A DNA stretch of 45,990 nt from Blastocatellia bacterium (GCA_031398365.1 JANNND010000325.1:1-45990), one strand, 5' to 3'; counted from the stretch's first letter, positions 14,116 through 23,470 are shown. Translations and numbers: made by a program. Notes: a model not told the origin generated them from the sequence alone.

Positions 14116-16752
14116 TTACCAAGGTTCACCTTCTTCCTGTATCTGTTCAAGGCGTTCCAGAAAATCCGCTTTCACTAAAACCTGGCGCGGTTTGCTGCCA
14201 TCTTCCGGGCCTACGATGCCTTCGCGGTGCATCATATCGATGATTGAAGCGGCGCGCCCATAGCCAATGCGTAACCGCCGTTGCAACACGGAAGTCGAGG
14301 CACGGCCCATTTCGATCACGATGCGGACGGCTTCTTCGTACTTCTCATCGCGCTTCATATCGCTGCCGCCCATATCATCGCCTTCAGCCTCTTTTTCGCT
14401 CATTACGATCTTGTTGTCATAAGCCGGTTTGCCTTGTGAGCGCGCGTGATCGCAAATGCGTTTGACTTCTTTTTCGTCTACATACGCACCGTGTACACGA
14501 ACCAACCGCGAAGTGCCGGGCGGCAGAAACAGCATATCGCCCTGCCCCAGTAGAGCCTCGGCGCCGTTCGTATCAATAATCGTACGTGAATCCACTTTGG
14601 ACGAAACGCGAAACGAGATGCGCGAGGGGAAATTCGCCTTGATTAATCCGGTGATGACGTCTACTGAAGGGCGCTGCGTCGCCAGCACTAAATGGATTCC
14701 GACGGCGCGCGCCATTTGAGCCAGGCGCGTAATGCTCTCTTCCACATCGCGGGCAGCGACCATCATTAAGTCGGCCAACTCATCAATAACTACGACGATG
14801 TATGGCAGCGCTTTGGGCGGTTCTGCGCCTTCAGCCACCGTGTGGTGCGGATTGATTCCGCAAACATCGTGGTTATATTGGTCAATATTGCGTACGCCAA
14901 AAGCTGCCAGATGTTTGTAGCGATTTTCCATCTCGCTCACCGCCCAGCGCAGCGAATAGCTGGCGCGTTTGGCATCGGTCACAATGGGCGTCAACAAGTG
15001 TGGAATGTCGGCATACAGCCCTAACTCCAATCGTTTGGGATCCACCAAAATCATTTTGACTTCGTCGGGCGTGGCTTTGTAAAGCAACGAAACCAGAATC
15101 GAGTTCAGCGCCACCGATTTGCCGGCTCCCGTTGCGCCCGCAATCAGTAGATGCGGCATCTTCGTCAAATCAGCAACGTAATTTGACCCGTCAATGGTCT
15201 TGCCGAGGGCGAGTGTAAGCTTGGAGGGGGAATCAACGAACTTCGAAGATTCCACAACTTCGCGCAAGCGGATGGTTTGCCGTTTGATATTTGGGACTTC
15301 AATACCGACGGTAGATTTGCCGGGAATACGATCAATGCGGATGGATTCGGCTTTCAGCCCCAAACACAAATCATCCACGAGTCCCGTGATGCGGCTGTAT
15401 TTCACGCCGGGGTCGGGTTTGAATTCAAACGTGGTGACGACCGGGCCGGGGCTGATTTGTTTGACCTGACCGGAAACATTGAATTCGCTGCATTTTTCGG
15501 CGAGTTGGATGGCGCGTTCTTTCAATTCTTCGTCGGCAATTTCTGAACGCGGCGCAGGCGGCACCAGAATATCGGTGCTGGGCAATTTATATTCGACCGC
15601 TGTTTGTTCAGTGGGTTGTACCAACGCCAAAGGCTTTGGCACAGCTTTGTCTTCCACCAATTCAGGCCGCTTGACCGAGACAGTCGAAACCATTTCCAAC
15701 ACGCTGCGCTGGCCTTGCGTCAGGTCTGGCGATTGTGCGTCGTCGTCGTCCAAATCGTCGTTCTCGACAAGATTATCAAAGCCGCTGTCTTCACGCGGCA
15801 CAGCAGGTGTTTTAGCAGGCGCGCTGCCGGGAGCTTGTGCGCTCATCGCCAAGTCATTTTCAGGATTGCCCTTTTCTCTCGACAGTACGGCAGCAACCGA
15901 AGCGCGCGCTTTGGTGAAGGCGGGCGCAAATACATCTGAGAAGGAAGATTTTTTGGCGTCTTCGAGAACAGGTGTTTGCGCTTTCACCTGTACGCCGGAT
16001 TGCGTGATTTTGATTTCGTCTTTAGCACGGGCCGCCGCTTCACGTTCCTTGCGAGCGCGGTCATCCTGGTCAGCCAATTCCTGCTGGAGCAGTTGGCGGT
16101 TCTGCCACCAAACATTGTAGCGTTCGCGCAGTGTTGCAAAAATGCCTGCCTGCTGTTCTCTTTCCGACAACTGCATCATTAGTCCGACCAGTGAAAGCGG
16201 CGTCGCCATCATCAAGCCAGTAATGAACGCGAGTAGCAAAACGATGGTCGCACCCGCTGTATGCAGAAATTTGGCCAACCCAAAGCCTTCACTATAAACC
16301 AGTAGCTGACCAATCCAACCGCCCCAATGAAACGATGATTGCTTGCTGGAATCTATCACCGACAGCAATCCCGCGAGTGCGAGCAAGACGACCAGCAGGC
16401 CCGCCGTTTTGAACCACGAAAACGGAATCCGGGCATATCGAATCAACCAATAGGCCAGAGCAAAAAACAAGATCGGCACCAACAGGGCGATATACCCAAA
16501 TGACTGATACAACGTGTTGGCGGTGTTCGCGCCAAATGGCCCAATCCAGTTGCTCACTTTTGTACTAGCCGAAACGTGTCCCCAAGACGGATCATTTCCG
16601 CGATAGCTGAAGAGCGCCAACAACAACACCAATCCGATGCCGATGCAAAACAGGCCGATGACTTCATTACGTCGTTTGCGGCGCTCAGCCAACAATTCCT
16701 TGGAGTTGCTGCTGCTGCGCGCGGTGGTCTTTTTGGGTGCTGGTTTTGCCAT
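14116..16752 (-). CDS. ftsK: DNA translocase FtsK
   Basis: N-terminal polytopic membrane domain, a long acidic/Pro-rich linker, an FtsK/SpoIIIE motor with Walker A (LLIAGATGAGKS), and a C-terminal gamma winged-helix (ASTSVLQRRLRIGYGRAASIIDMMHREGIVGP). I prefer ATG 16752 over the TTG at 16758. Confidence 0.95.
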   Translation of the reverse strand: MAKPAPKKTTARSSSNSKELLAERRKRRNEVIGLFCIGIGLVLLLALFSYRGNDPSWGHVSASTKVSNWIGPFGANTANTLYQSFGYIALLVPILFFALAYWLIRYARIPFSWFKTAGLLVVLLALAGLLSVIDSSKQSSFHWGGWIGQLLVYSEGFGLAKFLHTAGATIVLLLAFITGLMMATPLSLVGLMMQLSEREQQAGIFATLRERYNVWWQNRQLLQQELADQDDRARKEREAAARAKDEIKITQSGVQVKAQTPVLEDAKKSSFSDVFAPAFTKARASVAAVLSREKGNPENDLAMSAQAPGSAPAKTPAVPREDSGFDNLVENDDLDDDDAQSPDLTQGQRSVLEMVSTVSVKRPELVEDKAVPKPLALVQPTEQTAVEYKLPSTDILVPPAPRSEIADEELKERAIQLAEKCSEFNVSGQVKQISPGPVVTTFEFKPDPGVKYSRITGLVDDLCLGLKAESIRIDRIPGKSTVGIEVPNIKRQTIRLREVVESSKFVDSPSKLTLALGKTIDGSNYVADLTKMPHLLIAGATGAGKSVALNSILVSLLYKATPDEVKMILVDPKRLELGLYADIPHLLTPIVTDAKRASYSLRWAVSEMENRYKHLAAFGVRNIDQYNHDVCGINPHHTVAEGAEPPKALPYIVVVIDELADLMMVAARDVEESITRLAQMARAVGIHLVLATQRPSVDVITGLIKANFPSRISFRVSSKVDSRTIIDTNGAEALLGQGDMLFLPPGTSRLVRVHGAYVDEKEVKRICDHARSQGKPAYDNKIVMSEKEAEGDDMGGSDMKRDEKYEEAVRIVIEMGRASTSVLQRRLRIGYGRAASIIDMMHREGIVGPEDGSKPRQVLVKADFLERLEQIQEEGEPW

Positions 16753-16812
16753 ACTCAATCAGTAAAGTTCGTAGTAGTTAATCGAGCCTCGACTTGCAAG
16801 ACGCGACAAACT

Positions 16813-17932
16813 CTATGAACCGGCTTGCTCTCGTTTCGCGAGCAGATACTGCTTTATAAATTCATCCAGATTTCCGTTCAGGATGCCGTCTACATCGCTG
16901 GTTTCAAACTTCGTCCGAACGTCTTTTACCAAGCGATACGGTTGCATCACGTAGTTGCGAATTTGCGAACCGAACGAAATGTCCCGCTTGTTTTCTGCCA
17001 GCTTATCGGTCTCTGCCTGTTTTTTTGCCATCTCTAATTCATAGAGTTTTGATTTCAGCACGCGCATGGCCACGTCACGATTTTGGTGTTGCGAACGCTG
17101 GTTCTGACAGGTCACGACGATGTTTGTCGGCAAGTGCGTGATGCGTACCGCCGAGTCAGTCGTGTTGATGTGCTGTCCGCCTGCACCAGTCGAGCGATAG
17201 GTGTCCACACGCAAATCTTTATCGAGGATTTCAATTTCGATGTCGTCATCTATTTCAGGCGTGATGAAGACCGAAGCAAAGCTGGTTTCACGGCTGCCAC
17301 CGGCATTGAAAGGCGAAATACGCACCAGGCGATGCACGCCCGATTCGCCCGCTAATAATCCATACGCGTAATCTCCTTCGACGCGGATGGTGGCGGATTT
17401 GATTCCGGCTTCTTCGCCGTATTGCTCGTCCAATAACTCTTTTTTGAAGCCGCGATATTCGCACCAGCGCAAATACATTCGCTCCAACATCTGCGCCCAA
17501 TCCTGTGCATCGGTTCCGCCCGCGCCCGCGTTAATATTGATAATCGCGTTGCGGGCGTCATTTTCACCGCCGAGCAGCGTTTGCGTTTCGCTGTCTTCGA
17601 CTTCTTTGGCAAGAGCCATGAGAGTGTTTTTCAATTCCGCTGCTGACGATTCGTCTTCCGCCGCGAAATCAAACAGCACGGCGACATCGTCCACCATCCG
17701 CTGTTGGGTTTCGGCCCGGGCGATTTCGCGTTCCAGCCGGGCGCGTTGTTGCAGGACTTTTTGCGCGGCAGCCTGATCGTTCCAGAATTCCGGCGCAGCG
17801 GTTTGCTCCCCAAGTTTCGTTAATTCAGCGCGTTTATGATCAAGGTCAAAGAAACCTCCGCAACTCGGCGACACGTTGCGTAAGGTCGTGGTATTGGTCT
17901 CGTAATTCCTGCATGACTACAGCGTCGATCAT
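16813..17932 (-). CDS. prfB: peptide chain release factor 2, made from two frames by a programmed +1 frameshift (segment 1 17849-17932, segment 2 16813-17847)
   Basis: Frame 0 reads MIDAVVMQELRDQYHDLTQRVAELRRFL, then an in-frame TGA at 17846-17848. The +1 frame continues DLDHKRAELTKL... and carries SPF (RISPFNAGG) and GGQ (GAGGQHIN) motifs. SD AGGAG sits before ATG 17932. Confidence 0.95.
17846..17860 (-). promoter_or_regulatory. prfB +1 frameshift site (internal SD-like GGAGG, slippery CUU, UGA C)
   Basis: Minus sense: CGG AGG UUU CUU UGA C. This has the same architecture as the E. coli site AGG GGG UAU CUU UGA C. Confidence 0.9.
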
Positions 17933-18267
17933 GAAAAAAACTCCTGTAAAACTTAGATTTTGCGCGAGCAGTTTAACATGAAACCCCTTGCCTGCCGATG
18001 CCGCAAGTGCGTTGCGCAAGAAAACGACAGCCCCAACAATTTCACGCGGCGCATTTGTCGGCGCTTTTCCAAGCAGCGCCCGGTGTGTTAGCCTCACAGC
18101 TACAGCACTTCTGAAGTACCGATTCATTATCGTTACCCTCTTTGCGATAATGCGCTGAGTTTATAACGTCTGTGGGAAAGAATGGCAGGGCTGTCAGTTC
18201 GCGTCCCCAATCAACACATCTCAACGTAAGTAAATAAACTTACGTCCATTTTGGAGAGGAACAGTTT

Positions 18268-19254
18268 ATGAGTATGCAAAGGATTTTTCTTTGCATCGTC
18301 CTGGCAGTGGTAGTGTCCGGTGCGGTGCAGGCTGATACGTTATTTTTGCGCAATGGAAGTACCTTGCAGGGCAATTTTCTCCGGTTCGAAAATGACACAT
18401 TTGTCTTTCAGTTGACGGCGAGCGGAGATCGGGATCGCGGGCGCGTGTTGCGCTTTCCCACCAAAGAAGTCCTGCGACTGGTGACAGATCGTGATGCAGA
18501 TGGAACCTTGAGTAGAACGAACCCGACGATCAAGCCTAACGCTGCTGGCGCGTTTGAAATGCAACCTAACGTAGATGTTCGGTTAGCCAATGATTGGGTC
18601 AATTCCAATATTTCCGTGGTGCAGGGACAACGAATTCGTATTGAGGCAACCGGCACGGTGCGGCTGGAAGGCCTCGACAGTTCATCGCCTGCGGGCATTG
18701 GTCGCCGTGACCCGAATGCTCCACTACCGGATGAAAACGCGGGCGCGCTGGTCGCATCTATTGGCAATGATTTAAATACGCCGATTATCCTGGTTGGGCG
18801 CGGAAAAGAATTTGTCGCCGACCGCGATGGGACGCTCTATTTTACCGTTAATTACTGGGAAACGTCCAACGCCGGCGGCTCCTATCAGGTGCGCGTGCAA
18901 ACCGAACGACGCGCCGGAGGGACAGTGCGTCCTCCCGTCAATGCTTCACCCTTTTCCTGCGGTCTGCCTGCCCGCATTACAATGACGGAAGGCGGATACA
19001 ATGGCGTGTGGACTCGCCGCCTCAACAGCAATGAGTACGATGCTGTCTGGAGCCGGGGACGCCAGCAAATCACCGGCGTGCTGAGCATCACGACGCAAGG
19101 AAATCGCGTCTTCATCAAACGGCTGCAAAGCACTGATGGTCAGCTTTGTGAATATGAGGGAATGGTGAGCGCAAATGGCACAACCATCAATGGAACGTAC
19201 GGTTGTAGCGGCGTTGCCAATTTGAATTGGCAAGGAAACGCACAGTGCAATTAG
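18268..19254 (+). CDS. secreted hypothetical protein with a lectin-like (PA-IL/LecA-type?) beta-sandwich and a Cys-containing C-terminal domain (328 aa)
   Basis: SD GGAGAGG and signal peptide MSMQRIFLCIVLAVVVSGAVQA. The middle segment WVNSNISVVQGQRIRIEATGTV...GALVASIG...GTLYFTVNYWETSNAGGSYQVRV resembles PA-IL-like domains. This is a family call from memory only. Confidence 0.6.
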   Translation: MSMQRIFLCIVLAVVVSGAVQADTLFLRNGSTLQGNFLRFENDTFVFQLTASGDRDRGRVLRFPTKEVLRLVTDRDADGTLSRTNPTIKPNAAGAFEMQPNVDVRLANDWVNSNISVVQGQRIRIEATGTVRLEGLDSSSPAGIGRRDPNAPLPDENAGALVASIGNDLNTPIILVGRGKEFVADRDGTLYFTVNYWETSNAGGSYQVRVQTERRAGGTVRPPVNASPFSCGLPARITMTEGGYNGVWTRRLNSNEYDAVWSRGRQQITGVLSITTQGNRVFIKRLQSTDGQLCEYEGMVSANGTTINGTYGCSGVANLNWQGNAQCN

Positions 19255-19368
19255 CCATAATCTGATGAATAGTGAGAGGGAGGGTTAACCACTATAATAT
19301 CCTCTCTCTCCCTTTACTCGAACAAACTCCAACCTGCTATTGACCCCAATTGATATAATTTTTGCAAG

Positions 19369-19725
19369 CTACTGCAACGGTAGATAGCGCACCTGCCCCT
19401 CGTACTCGCCTTCCAGACTGCACACCGCAATGAGCAATATATCCTCTATCGCTTGACTGATTGAAAGCTCTTGCGGCGCAACAAAAATTCCGGGCATACG
19501 CAATCCTTGCTCAAGGCGCGTGTAGGCATGGTCGGTCATAGTATTTACATCGTGCGTCAACAAAATTCTCTCTTCACTTGCAGCCCATTCCAAAATCGTC
19601 GGATCATCTGCTGTACGCAAGCCTACGTCTTGCACGCGCACCATATCCAGATCAGGATTGCGGCGCAACAAGCCGCGCAGAATGTCATTGTCGAAATCGG
19701 CGTCCGTGGCAAATTTTATTGTCAC
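19369..19725 (-). CDS. DUF5615-family PIN-like putative toxin (118 aa)
   Basis: (GTG)TIKFATDADFDNDILRGLLRRNPDLDMVRVQDVGL...DDPTILEWAASEERILLTHDVN is a pattern typical of DUF5615 / Mut7-C-like proteins, which pair with DUF433. Confidence 0.65.
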   Translation of the reverse strand: MTIKFATDADFDNDILRGLLRRNPDLDMVRVQDVGLRTADDPTILEWAASEERILLTHDVNTMTDHAYTRLEQGLRMPGIFVAPQELSISQAIEDILLIAVCSLEGEYEGQVRYLPLQ

Positions 19726-19888
19726 TATTTTACTAGCCCTTATTTATTCCTATGCAGCCATAGCTTTAGATGATGTCTAGCGAAACGAAATCATCAATCA
19801 GTTTCTGTCTTATCTCATACGAATGAAGTCATGTAAAAGACATTAGCCGAAAGGGCAGAGATACAGTGTGGTGGAATGCGTAGGGGAG

Positions 19889-20218
19889 TTATTGCCGTGC
19901 AAGAAGCCGTTCACGAATGCCATTGGGATCATGGCGAGATTCGTTAATTTTTCTGCTTTCGTCTGCTTTTTCTTGCCGCGCTTTTAAGTAAGAATCAAGT
20001 TCCGCGCGATGGCGTAAGTAATAAGCAATTACCGCATAGACATCAGCCAAATCAACGACAGGGAATCGTTGCACAATTTCTTCAGCCGTTGCACCTTGAT
20101 GGAAAGCAAAGACAATGGTGTCCAACGGCAATCGAGTTCCAGCCACGCGAATGACGCCATGAGCATCAGTGGCGAGAGGAGCTTGTTCGACTGCAATTGT
20201 CAGGTTCATAGCGGTCAT
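19889..20218 (-). CDS. DUF433-domain putative antitoxin (109 aa)
   Basis: ATG 20218 is preceded by GGAGG. The segment GVIRVAGTRLPLDTIVFAFHQGATAEEIVQRFPVVDLADVYAVIAYYLRHRAELDSYL is the classic DUF433 pattern. Confidence 0.7.
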   Translation of the reverse strand: MTAMNLTIAVEQAPLATDAHGVIRVAGTRLPLDTIVFAFHQGATAEEIVQRFPVVDLADVYAVIAYYLRHRAELDSYLKARQEKADESRKINESRHDPNGIRERLLARQ

Positions 20219-20278
20219 CTTAGCCTCCAACAATGACATTTTCTATCATAAAAGATTAAGGACTGAAAATTGGCACGG

Positions 20279-21739
20279 TCACCCGCCGATCAGCCATTTC
20301 GAAATAATCAACTGCAACGCGCCACAGCCAAAAATAATCAAGACGGGATTCAGCCGCGCGCGCATCATCAACAAAAAGGCCAGCGTCGCAATGCCAAAAC
20401 TGACGGGAATGTTACGGTAGCTGAGCGACATGCTGAGCGAAGAGCGCGCCAGACTGACTCCGGCGGACGCTAACATGCCGACCACTGCCGGAGCGACGCC
20501 GGACAAAAACGATTGCACCAGATAATTCGCGCGAAAGCGATTCAGCGAAGTACCAGCGACTATCGTCATCAAAAATGAGGGCAAAAACGCCGCGATGGTG
20601 GCGGCAACTGCGCCGACGAGGCCTGCGACTTTGTAACCGATAAACGTTGCCGTAATCATCACCGGCCCCGGCGTAATTTGTCCGAACGCCATGCCGTCGG
20701 CAAACTCCTCACGCGTCAGCCAGCGATTGACATCTACGACATCGGCTTCGATTTGTGGAATCATCACGAAGCCGCCGCCAAACGTCACCGATCCAATCCG
20801 CAGAAAAACCGTGACCAATTTCCATGTCGCCAGCAATTTCAACAACAGTGCAGAAAGAAAAGGAATGGCGACCAAAAACAAGAAGGGCCAAGCCAACGAC
20901 ATCACCGTATCGCTTACGGATTTGGGCGGCGTGTTTGCTTCGTCGCCTGTCTTCTCGAATTCGCCGGGCATCGGCAACGAGACCTCGACGCGATGCTGCA
21001 CGTCGTATTCTCCATCTCCTTCGATTACTTTCGCGGCGTGTTTGCGCGCCTTTTTTTCGGCAAGTGCTTCGTGCGCTTTGGCGCGCTTTTCGCGTTTCAC
21101 TTTTTCCCGCACGCGTTCGCGCATTTGCCGTTTGAAGGATTGAATAAAGATGCCCGCCATCCCGGCTAGTAACACGATTTCGGCAATGCTGGTGCTGGTG
21201 AAAATTAACAGGAAGGCGACCGCTACCCCCATTTCCAAGTGCCATTGGCGCTGCATCGCCGTCTTGCCAATCTTGAAAACCGTGGCCGCGATCAAGCCCA
21301 CGACAGCGGCATTAAAGCCCTGAAAAACGCGTTGTGCATCGGGCAGTTGGTTGAGGTAATTATGCGCAATCGTGAGCGCAATCATCATCAAAAACGACGG
21401 GAAAATAAAGCTGGTAGCCGCCACCACTGCGCCTCGCAAGCCAGCGACTTTCAGCCCGATGTAGGAAATCGCATTGACCGCATTGGCACCGGGTAGACTT
21501 TGCGCCAGCGAAACGGCGTCCAGGAATTCTTCTTCGGAAAGCCAGCGTTTTTGCGAAACCACTAAGCGGCGAATCTGTGCAATGACTGCAATGCCGCCGC
21601 CAAAGCCAGTTGCGCCAACCCGCAGAAAGGGATTGATCAGTGTGCGCCAATCGTCTTTCGGCACCTCTTCAGTTTTTTCCGGCAATTGGCTGATGATGAA
21701 TTGACGAACCAGCTCAAAATACTGCCGCAGTCGCTCCAT
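20279..21739 (-). CDS. chrA: chromate transporter ChrA (two fused CHR domains joined by a long charged linker), 486 aa
   Basis: FGGGIAVIAQIRR...W(L)SEEEFLDAVSLAQSLPGANAVN in the first half is repeated as FGGGFVMIPQIEA...WLTREEFADGMAFGQITPGPVM in the second half. Confidence 0.85.
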   Translation of the reverse strand: MERLRQYFELVRQFIISQLPEKTEEVPKDDWRTLINPFLRVGATGFGGGIAVIAQIRRLVVSQKRWLSEEEFLDAVSLAQSLPGANAVNAISYIGLKVAGLRGAVVAATSFIFPSFLMMIALTIAHNYLNQLPDAQRVFQGFNAAVVGLIAATVFKIGKTAMQRQWHLEMGVAVAFLLIFTSTSIAEIVLLAGMAGIFIQSFKRQMRERVREKVKREKRAKAHEALAEKKARKHAAKVIEGDGEYDVQHRVEVSLPMPGEFEKTGDEANTPPKSVSDTVMSLAWPFLFLVAIPFLSALLLKLLATWKLVTVFLRIGSVTFGGGFVMIPQIEADVVDVNRWLTREEFADGMAFGQITPGPVMITATFIGYKVAGLVGAVAATIAAFLPSFLMTIVAGTSLNRFRANYLVQSFLSGVAPAVVGMLASAGVSLARSSLSMSLSYRNIPVSFGIATLAFLLMMRARLNPVLIIFGCGALQLIISKWLIGG

Positions 21740-21747
21740 AAAGTTTG

Positions 21748-21817
21748 GCCACGAATTTCACGAATTTTCACAAATTTTTATTCCAATCAATTCGTCTCCA
21801 TTCGTGAAATTCGTGGC
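21748..21817. repeat. 18-bp perfect inverted repeat built from six helically phased heptamers (CACGAAT x3 / ATTCGTG x3)
   Basis: The arms are gccacgaatttcacgaat (21748-21765) and attcgtgaaattcgtggc (21800-21817). Heptamers lie at 21750, 21759, 21769 (CACAAAT), 21790 (ATTCGTC), 21800 and 21809, spaced 9-10 nt apart. The repeat sits between the scpB stop (21823) and the chrA ATG (21739). Confidence 0.85.
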
Positions 21818-21822
21818 TCCTT

Positions 21823-22641
21823 TCAAGCCGCTAATTCTTCAAAATCTTCAATGCTCGGTAATTCATTCAAATCGCGCAGCCCAAACTGAATCAGGAACTC
21901 TCTCGATGTCCCGTACATCATGGGCCGTCCGACTGTTTCCTTGCGGCCCTTGGTCACGATCAAGCGTTTTTCGAGCAGTGTTTTGATGGCGGACGAAGAG
22001 CTGACGCCGCGAATTTCCAGCACTTCCGGCACGGTCACAGGTTGCTTGTATGCAATCACCGCCAGCGTTTCGAGTGCGGGCAGGGAAAGCCGCGCCGAGG
22101 GTTTTGATTTGAGATATTTGCGGATGAATTCGTGATGTTGCGGACGCGTCGAGATGCGCCAACCACCGGCGATTTCGCGCAACTCCAAACCGCTGCCGCG
22201 CGCCTCGTAATCGCTCAGCAATTCGACAATTGCCGCGTGAGCATCAGCGGAATTCACATCGCCCAAAATCTTGCATAGCTGGCTGAAAGGCACTGGTTCA
22301 TCGGCGACAAATAAAATCGCTTCAATCGCAGGCTTAAGTTCGGCGCGCGAAGCAGTGATTTCGATGTCATCCGTTTCAGATGGAAGATGGGGAACTTCAG
22401 TCTCAGCTTCAGCGGCAACAGCTTCGACGCTGGGATTGGCAGTCTCGGAACTGGCAGCAGCCTCTTCAAGCTCCAATTTGAGATTGGAAATTTCTGCTTC
22501 GACAACGGTCTCGTCACTCTCAAGTTGTAGATTGGAATTTTCAGCTTCGGCTTCAGCGTCTTCCGCCGCCGCCAGCTTCGCGAAAATTTCGGAATATTCG
22601 TTGCGGGAAGTTTCGTTTTCTTCGGGGTGATGATTGCTCAT
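21823..22641 (-). CDS. scpB: segregation and condensation protein B with an acidic N-terminal extension of about 100 aa
   Basis: IEAILFVADEPVPFSQLCKILG...ELREIAGGWRISTRP...LSLPALETLAVIAYKQPVTVPEVLEIRGV is the ScpB tandem winged-helix pattern. Confidence 0.85.
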   Translation of the reverse strand: MSNHHPEENETSRNEYSEIFAKLAAAEDAEAEAENSNLQLESDETVVEAEISNLKLELEEAAASSETANPSVEAVAAEAETEVPHLPSETDDIEITASRAELKPAIEAILFVADEPVPFSQLCKILGDVNSADAHAAIVELLSDYEARGSGLELREIAGGWRISTRPQHHEFIRKYLKSKPSARLSLPALETLAVIAYKQPVTVPEVLEIRGVSSSSAIKTLLEKRLIVTKGRKETVGRPMMYGTSREFLIQFGLRDLNELPSIEDFEELAA

Positions 22642-22652
22642 GGATCAAATGA

Positions 22653-23468
22653 TTATTCGCTGACTGCCAATTCTTCCAGCAGCGGCGTAGCCTGCTCGCG
22701 CGGACGGGCAAGAATCTCGCCGAAGAGTTGCGCTTGAATCAGAATGATACGTGATTCTTTGACCAGTTCCAGAAACGCCAGAAAGGTCAGAATTAATTCG
22801 CGTTTAGAGGCGGCCAACTCAAAAACTTCGCGCACATTGATTTCCGTACGCGTAGCGAGCAGCGTAAGAATTTGCTTGAGCTTTGCGCTCATGCTCATTT
22901 CTTCGCGCTGAATTTCCATCTGCGTAACGGCCTTCGCGCGGTCTAGAATTTCCTTAAAAATGCGCAGCAAATCCACCACCGTCGCAGTGACTTCGGGATT
23001 TGCTTTGTCCGTTTCCAACGCGCCGCGCGTGTAGCAGGCGCCTTCAACGTGCCCCTTTTCATACAACATATTAGCGGCGGATTTGAACTTTTGATATTCG
23101 AGGAGATGTTCGACCAATTCAGCGCGCGGGTCTTCGTTGAGGTCAGCTTCGCCTGCGGTTTTGGGATCAGGCGGCAGCAGCATTTTGGACTTGATATAAA
23201 TCAGCGTCGCCGCCATCACCAGAAAATCGCCCGCGACTTCAATATTTAGGGTTTCGAGTACTTGCACGTATTCCAGATATTGCTTCGTGATGCGCGCTAT
23301 CGGGATGTCGTAAATGTCAATTTCGTCTTTTTTGATGAGGTACAACAACAGGTCGAGCGGGCCTTCAAATACTTCCAACCTGACCTTGTAATCGTCGCGG
23401 CTTGCTTCGTCGTCGGGTTTGAATTCTTCTGGGGCAGTCGTCGGGGTTGTAGGTTTTGATTTCGCCAT
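22653..23468 (-). CDS. scpA: segregation and condensation protein A
   Basis: VRLEVFEGPLDLLLYLIKKDEIDIYDIPIARITKQYLEYV. I prefer ATG 23468, which lies 2 nt after the trpS stop. Confidence 0.9.
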   Translation of the reverse strand: MAKSKPTTPTTAPEEFKPDDEASRDDYKVRLEVFEGPLDLLLYLIKKDEIDIYDIPIARITKQYLEYVQVLETLNIEVAGDFLVMAATLIYIKSKMLLPPDPKTAGEADLNEDPRAELVEHLLEYQKFKSAANMLYEKGHVEGACYTRGALETDKANPEVTATVVDLLRIFKEILDRAKAVTQMEIQREEMSMSAKLKQILTLLATRTEINVREVFELAASKRELILTFLAFLELVKESRIILIQAQLFGEILARPREQATPLLEELAVSE

Positions 23469-23470
23469 GC

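Noticed and set aside
17978-18091. 37-codon Cys-rich plus-strand mini-ORF (MKPLACRCRKCVAQENDSPNNFTRRICRRFSKQRPVC) in the prfB / 18268-gene divergent region
   Set aside because: It has no SD and no recognisable zinc-ribbon spacing, and it lies in a GC-rich stretch where such ORFs arise by chance. Nothing supports it apart from the Cys content.
17846-18127. 93-aa ORF annotated as a separate gene upstream of RF2
   Set aside because: Only its last 28 codons (from ATG 17932, SD AGGAG) are real. They are the N-terminus of prfB, joined by the +1 frameshift. The upstream 65 codons have no protein-like features.
19255-19368. Imperfect hairpin (AGTGAGAGGGAG ... CTCCCTTTACT) between the convergent 18268..19254 and DUF5615 genes
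   Set aside because: It is probably an ordinary shared terminator. The pairing needs a bulge and a mismatch, and nothing else is distinctive.
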